Shown here one piece after another: positions 36,498-44,190 of a stretch of DNA of 44,190 bases. Numbering within the stretch: the first letter of the stretch is position 1; every line of letters starts with the position of its first letter. The DNA comes from Octopus sinensis (taxonomy: Eukaryota): contig NW_021835451.1 of NCBI RefSeq assembly GCF_006345805.1, positions 1 through 44,190 of the forward strand. The letters run 5' to 3'. The notes beneath the pieces are model-generated. The model made no database searches, was not told where the DNA came from, and saw only the letters and a list, made by a program, of their open reading frames with translations. A program made the position numbers and the translations under genes.

Positions 36498-37138
36498 CAG
36501 AGTGCAGTGACTAAATTGTCGTCTAAATTATGCCAAAGTGAAAATAACACTGACGTATCGTAACATTCATATTTACCAAAATTACATAAAAATATCTTGA
36601 AATACTAAGGAGTAAATTTATTCAATAAAATAGCCATTCATATGCAAGATGAGAAATTGGCCCTTTCTCATCTTGTATGAGAAATACCGAGTGTCTTCAT
36701 GCATTACCTGCCTGATGAAAAACCTCTGACACTCCCATGTCCCTGTGGATGGATCTGATTGATTTGGAGGGATCGTTGTCAATCATGGCTTGGAACGCAT
36801 TGAGGAGTTCTTTTCTTATCGGGAATATCAGAGTAGTTTCTTTCGAGTTGCCGTACTTCGTAGTCACCATTAGACTCATCCAAATCTTTCCGAATTCTCA
36901 CCACTGTTCGCAGATTGACGCACAAAAACTCTGAGATGTTCGTACTGGGGCTTCCGGTGCGAATAGCAAGCAGTACAGCATGATGTTTCCAAATTTACGA
37001 ATCGCGTAATAGTTCTGTTTTCCTGATAGACGGTGCCCAACTGACCCTACCATAATGTGTACCCTCAATATCAAAAAGAAACAATGCGCATGCGCGAAAT
37101 TAGAAATATAACATGGTGGCAATTTACCCATCGCACCG
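36498..37138 (-). mobile_element. Internally deleted mariner/maT-type element with both ends
   Basis: N-terminal HTH remnant (HAVLLAIR, VNLRTVVRIRKDLDESNGDYE, QAMIDNDPSKSIRSI.RDMGVSE) joined to a 3' end matching 9540-9660; degenerate TIRs; TA at 37139. Confidence 0.88.
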
Positions 37139-37149
37139 TATGTGTGTGT

Positions 37150-37192
<43 letters not shown>

Positions 37193-37281
37193 ATGCACAC
37201 ACACATATATTTAATTATTCAAACATATGTACACCTGTAGTATATGTACATATGCTTCAACACCGGATTGTATATATATAT

Positions 37282-37682
37282 AATTATTTATATAGTTATA
37301 TATAGATACATACATTATATATATTATATATTATATATATATATATATAATTATTTATATAGTTATATATAGATACATACATTATATATATATTATTATA
37401 TATAATTAGTTATATAGTTATATATAGATACATACATTAGATATATATATATATATATATATAATTATTTATATAGTTATATATAGATACATACATTATA
37501 TATATTATATATATATAATTATTTATATAGTTATATATAGATACATACATTATATATATATATATATATATATAATTATTTATATAGTTATATATAGATA
37601 CATACATTATAATATATATATATATATATATAATTATATATATAAATATATATTATTTATATAGTTATATATAGATACATAC

Positions 37683-37726
<44 letters not shown>

Positions 37727-38040
37727 TATAATTATTATATATTTATATAGATACATACATTATTATATATATTATATATATATATATATATAATATATAT
37801 ATAAATATATAATTATTTATATAGTTATATATAGATACATACATTATATATATATATATATATATATAAATATATAATTATTTATATAGTTATATATAGA
37901 TCCATACATTATATATATATTATATATAATATATAAATATTAATTATTATATAGTTATATAGATACATACATTATAATATATATATATATAAATATATAA
38001 TTATTTATATAGTTGTATATATAGATACATACATTATATA
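37282..38040. repeat. Minisatellite: 12 copies of aattatttatatagttatatatagatacatacatt with variable AT spacers
   Basis: gatacatacatt counted 12 times (one copy reads gatccatacatt). Confidence 0.95.
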
Positions 38041-38482
38041 TATATATATATGTCGGTGTCTATGTTTGTATGTATGTATGTATGACAGTGCAGCAGAATC
38101 TTATGTCAGACAGTATAATGTTTTGTAATGAAAAACTGTCCCCTTTATCGCAGAGTGACCTTAGCATTTCATTGGCTAATACAAATCACGTAAGCAAAAC
38201 TCGTAAAGGCTGGTTAAGTACCGACCATGATAAAAGAAAACAGATTCTTTTTAAGTGGTATCATCTTTTTTTTTTTGCATTCTATGTCGTGTTTAGAACC
38301 ATTACTTACGTCTGTGTTTGTGTATTATTTTCCTCTGTGTGTGTGTATGTGTGTGTGACAATGCAACAGAATATAATGTGTGTGTTTGATTTTACGTATG
38401 TGTATGTCTGTGGTATTTGCGTGACAACTAACCCACTGAAAAAGGTCCATTAATCGGTAGATATTTTATTTTTTACTATCAG

Positions 38483-38585
38483 CTTCGTGTGGTTGTGTTG
38501 CTGTAATGGTCCTCATTGAAATACTAGTGTGTTGTGAAGTCTTGTATCAACGACCAGGATCAAACGAAGGATTTCAATTCACCCG
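38483..38585 (+). CDS. Candidate 103-nt exon (SCGCVAVMVLIEILVCCEVLYQRPGSNEGFQFT)
   Basis: attttattttttactatcag| acceptor, CCG|gtaatg donor, one open frame (phase 1 in), compatible with 34252-34348. Confidence 0.22.
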
Positions 38586-38684
38586 GTAATGCAAGCTAAA
38601 CTAAATGGCTTTCGCTCTAAATAAAATATAGGCCTGCTTTTATTTAATGAATTTTTTGTAGCTGCTTTCCAGTCTTTATTATGT

Positions 38685-38695
38685 CGGCCATTTTG
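38685..38695. promoter_or_regulatory. YY1-like motif
   Basis: CGGCCATTTTG (minus strand CAAAATGGCCG), upstream of a locally GC-richer segment. Confidence 0.25.
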
Positions 38696-38940
38696 TATTT
38701 ACGGGCTTGTGGCAATGGTAGTGGTTCTTTTGTGATTGTGTAGGTCTTGTTCTGTCGATACTGCTGCTGCTGCTGGTTGTGGCGATGTGATGCCGAGCTG
38801 GTTGCGGCGGTGTGTTTCGTGATTGTAGCACCAGAGTATTATTGTGTGGGTAATGTAGTTTCTTTGTTAAAAAAATCAGGCCTGATCCAATGGACATATG
38901 GCAAAGCTAGATTCTAGCCATAGCCATCTCGTCTAATTAT

Positions 38941-39070
38941 ATGTGTGTGTGTGTTTGTGTGTATGTATGTGTGTACTTGCATATATGTTAGACACTCCAT
39001 ATCTGACAAATGTTGTCAGATACGGAGTGTCTAAAATATATGCGTACACACACATACACATGCACACACG
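38941..39070. other. Long hairpin: 31-bp unique core (29/31) with a 3-nt loop, extended by (GT)n/(AC)n arms
   Basis: GCATATATGTTAGACACTCCATATCTGACAA-ATG-TTGTCAGATACGGAGTGTCTAAAATATATGC at 38979-39043. Confidence 0.92.
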
Positions 39071-39130
39071 TGTGTGCATGTATCTGCATATATATTTGTT
39101 TATATATATATATATGTGTGTGTGTGTATA

Positions 39131-39985
39131 CAGGGGTTGGAAAAAATAATGGAAACACCTCAAGATTTCATACAAATTTATTTTAATATGTGGTAGAAAC
39201 GTCTTTGGCAGTGATTACAGCTTGAATTCTATGAAGTTCGTTCTCGGACGAAGTTTGAATTGTTTCAAAAGGAATTTTTGTTCATTCTTCACCTAAGATA
39301 GACTCCAGTTCTTGTAGGGATGATGGTGGAGGTTATCGACTCCTTACTTGTTTTTCTAAAATGCACCATAAATGTACAATAATATTGAGATCTGGGGAAT
39401 GTGGTAGCCTGATAAGATGTCCAATTTCACTAGAATGTTCTTTGTTCCATTCAGTAACAACTTTAGCTGTGTGAATTGGTGCATTATCATCCTGAAAGAT
39501 TGCATTTCCCTCCAGAAACAGTTCTGTAACCATAGAATGAATTTGATCAGACAAAATGCTTCAATAGTTTTGACTATTAATTCTGCCATGAAGGGAAACC
39601 ATTGGGCCAGCGGATTTCCATGGTATAGCCCTCGAGTTCATCACAGATCCTCCTCCATGTTTAACAGTTGGAGGAAGGCAGTCTGGGTCAAATGGTTCGA
39701 GACAGTACTGCTTGAAACACAAAACATTTTGGCTGTTTTCATTACGCTAGTGCCTGCCATACGAGTACTAACAATTTGTCCTCTTTCAAAGTTTGATAGA
39801 TCTGTCATTTTAATGAATTTTAATTACCTTTCTCTGATTATATTTGGAAATAAACAGTAATTTTAGCAAAACATATTCAGCAACATAAACAATGAATAAA
39901 AAAATTTAAAATAAACAAGCTTTTGATGGTTTTATAGATATTTCAAAACTATGATGCTTGGTGTTTCCATTATTTTGTCCAACCC

Positions 39986-39988
<3 letters not shown>
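39131..39988 (-). mobile_element. Tc1-like element, 858 bp, internally deleted, with decayed transposase
   Basis: 29-bp TIRs CAGGGGTTGG(A/C)AAAATAATGGAAACACC-type (28/29 identical), TA on both sides; FQDDNAPIH...SPDLNII(V)HLW. Confidence 0.95.
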
Positions 39989-40032
<44 letters not shown>

Positions 40033-40756
40033 ATATATATTTGTATATATAAAGGTGGAAATATGTATTGGTATTATTTATTCACCGTTATACTTTCTTC
40101 ATTTCCCAATAAAAATTACAAAATTGTACATATTGAATAAACATGTAAGAAATTTTCTATTAGAAATTCTACAGAGACAAAATGAAATAATGCGAAGTTT
40201 ACATTTGGATTGAGTGTTTATATACAGTTAGTAACGAAGAGAAGTATAAATAGTAAGGGGGAAAATAAAGCGTAGTAACGAAAAGAGTGAGAGAGAGAGA
40301 GATGCACAGATTCATAAGTATATTTACATATATATATACTTAACAAGAGAATAATGGAGTTGTTACTGGTATAACATTTCTTTCACGGTTTTAGAATTGT
40401 CTTAACGTAATACGACAAATCATGGCAGAACGCAAAATACAGGAATGGTTCAATGTTATCGATTACATAATGCGCATTATAATCGTGATTGTGCTACAGT
40501 GCTTTGTTCATAAATACGCTACTGAGCATATATATACGGTTACAGACGGGATTTACCTTATAAATATGTAAATATATAACTAATTGAATATGCATATGTA
40601 TAATTAAATATGTAAATGTAATAGAAAGATTGCAATGAGTACCGAATTAAATGAAGAGGACCACGCTTGTAATAATTGGGAAAACTGCGGGATAAAACGG
40701 TGAAGGATGCTTTTGGATTCTTAATCGTAAAGGTGTAGGTGTACACTTGTATGTGT

Positions 40757-40985
40757 GTAGGCGCGTGGCTTAGTGGTTAGGGCGTTGATCTCATGATCGT
40801 AAGATTGTAGTTTCGATTCCTGGAATGGGCGACGCATTGTGCTCTTCAACAAAACACCTCACGTTGCTCCAATCCATTTAGCTGGCAAAACTGAATGACC
40901 CTATGACGGACCGGCGACCCGTCAAGATGAGGAGTTTATACGCCATGAAACTGGGAAACTACCCCTTATGAGTCTGCACGCCTCA
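40757..40985 (+). mobile_element. tRNA-derived SINE (C/D-type head, C-type tail)
   Basis: TGGCTTAGTGG A box, gtttcgattcc B box, gacggaccggcg and tatacgccatgaaac. Confidence 0.8.
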
Positions 40986-41416
40986 AAATAAACGTGACCT
41001 CATATATACTCCCTTTTGTGGAGACACTTGTACGTTTGTATATATGTTTATACTGACCCAGGTCCGCATGTATGAATCCACAAACATACACACACTGACA
41101 TAGAGATTAGTGTATAAATATACATACATGAACACGCATACACATTTGGTCGCGTAAGGTTCCTACATTCCTATATCCACATCCACGCTGACACGCATGC
41201 TAAACTCTATGCAAGGATACCAGTAATTTAGTGGTGTGCAAATGGATGCGCAAATATTGCCCGCCACGTGTATGAGTGTGTGTGTATATCTACGCGTGTG
41301 AATTCTTGTGTAGTGAATGTATATCTTGTAAAGTAACTCTGTCTCTCTCTCTCTCTTATTTATCTACACACACACACACTGACACAAACGTGTATACACA
41401 CACACACATATATTAC

Positions 41417-41773
41417 TTGTCTCAGTCTTTCGATTGTGGCCATGCTGTGACCACCACATTGAAGAAATCGTATTCGAATGAATCGACTCCAAAACTCATT
41501 CTGTCGTTCTCTTTTTGCCGAAGCTCTAACTTCTCGGAACGTAAACACGCCAGCACCGGTTACCAGTTGGTGGTGGAGGACAGTCACAAAGACACACACA
41601 CACATATACAACAGGTTTCTTTCAGTTTCTGTCCACAAAATTTACTTGCATGGCTTTGGGTCGAGTTGAGGCTATAGTAAATGTCACTAGCCCAAGATAC
41701 CATGCAGTGGGACTGAACACGGGACCATGTTATTGGGAAACTAAACTTTTACCACAGAGCCACGCCTGTGCCT
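41417..41773 (-). mobile_element. SINE family B, full length, diverged
   Basis: ggccatgctg, tttgccgaa, cgtaaacac, ctttcagtttc and gcagtgggactgaac are reverse-complementary to 7082-7460. Confidence 0.88.
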
Positions 41774-42007
41774 ATAAAATATCGACCCTTGACGAGGTGC
41801 TCTATGAGCATAACATTCGTATATCCGGACGAACGGATTCTATAGACGCGGTGATTTATAAAGAAGTGAGAACTCTCCCCAGGCCTCTCGGTAACATATC
41901 CGGGTGCGCAAGGACAAGGTTTGTATGTACAACTATACACACAAATAAGCTAATTGTGTATTTACGTGTGTTTGAGGTTCTCTCTCTAAATGAAATGTTT
42001 AGTTCGA

Positions 42008-42395
42008 TTAATCTTGTGCTCTCGGTCACATTCGACAGCAAACTGAAAACTCTGAATTCACTTGGAAGTGGTTTTCTCTACATCTTTCTATGTGATGTTG
42101 CCCTACTTCATATCCCTTTTAAAAACTCTGCTTTATATGGTTTTCGACCTTCCTCTCTCTCTCTCTCTCGTTTCCTCTCCAGATTTATCCATTTGAAACC
42201 TGTTTTAGATTGGTGTCCTTCTGTTAGCCAGAGTATATAATCTGCTCGTTTTAATCTTTGTTTTCTGATGATCTCTCTTAAGTGGTTTTCTATTGGCTCT
42301 TTTCACAATGTCTTCATTGCTTAAGTGGTTTTGCCAGAATGTTCTCAGAAACCCTGTCAAGCATCGTTGGTCGAACACTTCGGTTTCAATCTATT
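42008..42395 (-). mobile_element. RTE-clade LINE 3' fragment
   Basis: EVFDQRCLTGFLRTFWQNHLSNEDIVKRANRKPL resembles the RTE motif FH.RCLR.IL.I.W...ISN; a basic GR-rich segment and stops follow. Confidence 0.75.
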
Positions 42396-42879
42396 TTCAC
42401 ATTGCTCTTCCATATTGTATATTCCCATATTTTTCTAATTCATTATAATCTACAGCAACCGAGATAATTACATATATGAGTATGACTATTATTGTCCATT
42501 TACATATGGAGTTAGTTACATATTTACATATTTATTAAAGAATTAAATATGTATGTGTAAGTTCTAGATATGTAATACCTAATTACAATATTTAACATGA
42601 CATGATACCCTTTAATTATTCTACGTCTAATTCTATGACGTCATATTTCGTGGAGAAATTATTGTTAAGAATTAAATTTGTTCCGGTAATCTAAACAAAA
42701 TATTTTCGAAATATCTCCGCTGCATTTACAGAATCACAATGCTAGGTTCCACAAGTTCTATGGCAACGGCGAGAGCGTGGTTTCGTTGTTAAACTTTAAA
42801 TTTGAAAAATAAGTTTCTTTATTGGCCACACAGGGCTGCACACAGATGGGACAAGTTACAAGGTAGAGCTTTTCTTTTG

Positions 42880-43065
42880 GGGAGAAAAAAAAAGAAAAAA
42901 AGGTGGCGTAGGTTTTCGATCAAAAGGGATCGTAAAAGGGAAAAAAGAACAAAAAAAGAAAACAAAGAAGAAAAGAAAAAAAAGAAAAAGAAAACAAAAA
43001 GAAAAAAAGGGAAAAAAGAAAAGAAAAATGAAAAAAGAAGAAAAAAGGGGAGAGGAAAAAAAACG
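42880..43065. repeat. A-rich (GAAAA)n-like low-complexity tract
   Basis: Direct reading. Confidence 0.95.
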
Positions 43066-43649
43066 ATCAATAGGGATTGTGTATCACAGTGTCATGATGT
43101 ATGGTGTAAAGGGGAAAGCAAGTAAGGTTTATCCGTGGGAAGAAAAGCCTACGAAAAAGACCACGGTAACCTTGGTCAATATTGTTATATGTTACCACAT
43201 TTGTTTGCAAGTGGGTAACCCTCTGTTTTCAATTTCTGGGTTCATAGGATTATGCTCAAGGTGGCTTCGTCATTCATACGTGCCATCCTTGCTACATTCA
43301 CCCATCTTTTTTTAAAACGTTCGCTAGACAAAACTTGCCTCTACTTAAATTTGAAAAATAGCAAAATTCACTCTACACTTATTTATGACTTGTATTGGAT
43401 ACGTTTGAGATAACGGATATCCATGGTCTTAGATTCAAGAAGTTCCCCATATCTATCAAGGTGTCTGTCTATCTTGCTATATCTATCTATCTATCTCTCT
43501 ATCTCTCTATCTATCTATCTTCTATCTATCTATCTATCTATCTATCTCTCTATCTCTCTCTCTCTCTTTATATATATATATATCTTTATAGATATGTGAG
43601 GACGTTTAAGTCTGACCACGCATCTACATACATAGACATATACATATTA

Positions 43650-43851
43650 TAGAGGGCATGCTATAAAGTTCCTGGCTTTGAGTAAAATAAAATACAGGAG
43701 CATCAGTTAATCACGGTTTTGTTCAACATAGTCTCCCTCATATGCATATATTTATTGCAGTGGTCCTTCAGTCTTTCTAAGCATCGGAGGGTTGGGCGTC
43801 CCACCAGGCCTTTCGCGATATCTTTCAAGTCAAGAACTATTCAGCACCCCG
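43650..43851. mobile_element. Mariner-derived MITE (~200 bp)
   Basis: Degenerate TIRs gagggcatgctataaagttcctggctttga / tcaagtcaagaactattcagcacccc with TA flanks; the interior resembles a transposase C-terminus on the minus strand. Confidence 0.65.
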
Positions 43852-43869
43852 TAGTCGCTTTACACGCAA

Positions 43870-44128
43870 CGATCGTTGGTTCGAGACCCAGACCCGCTGT
43901 GAGTTGTTTTCTCGAGCAAAATACTTCATTCAACGCTGCTGATGTCCACTCAGCGGTAAATCCATGACCGTGAGACATAGCAGCCTTCTTCCAATGAGGG
44001 AGCAAGGACACTGGCATGCTCACTGTGCCAGAGTGGTGGCATCATTCGAAAGGTAAAGGGATATGAAAAGTGCATTGTGACCGGCGATGTATAACAACGT
44101 CCGATACTTTGGTCGATCACCTGGTATA
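43870..44128 (+). mobile_element. Decayed SINE lacking the extreme 5' end
   Basis: B box GGTTCGAGACC; tcgagcaaaatacttcatt...gtccactcagc resembles the body of the C/D families. Confidence 0.6.
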
Positions 44129-44159
44129 GATACATAAACATATATATATGCACACACAT

Positions 44160-44190
<31 letters not shown>

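Noticed and set aside
37282-38040. Repeat-spacer pattern resembling a CRISPR array
   Set aside because: The spacers are pure AT microsatellite, the context is eukaryotic and there are no cas genes.
38154-38189. 36-nt exon candidate SDLSISLANTNH with good splice sites
   Set aside because: It introduces a stop in the phase needed to link the flanking plus-strand candidates, and it has no independent support.
41650-42240. Longest non-microsatellite ORF (196 aa, +)
   Set aside because: Its start is antisense SINE-B and its end is antisense RTE LINE. The middle has no recognisable domain, so it is probably a chance ORF.

Overview
AT-rich eukaryotic genomic DNA with very dense microsatellites ((TA)n, (TG)n, (ATCT)n, (CT)n, (AAT/AGT)n). 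The recurring tRNA-headed SINE families look like those of octopus/coleoid cephalopods; this is my recognition and was not verified by a search. Nearly every ORF in the supplied track is a microsatellite or repeat artefact, and no host gene can be named. The window appears intronic or intergenic. It contains: (1) at least 4 SINE families, including a head-to-tail stack of about 7 copies; (2) Tc1/mariner relics (a TIR-intact element with D-36-(E) spacing, two pieces of a maT/mariner DDxD element, and a mariner MITE); (3) a piggyBac-type MITE and several fold-back palindromes; (4) decayed LINEs (a restriction-like-endonuclease R4/Dong type and RTE); (5) a possible Helitron. A few weak candidate exons and promoter-like motif clusters are listed at low confidence. 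The most interesting signal is a set of minimal type-I hammerhead-ribozyme-like motifs in several unrelated repeats. All lie on the minus strand and all have core mutations. One is fused to a tRNA-like Pol III head, and two sit in direct repeats about 490 bp apart, resembling a retrozyme. SINE and LINE-fragment boundaries are approximate.
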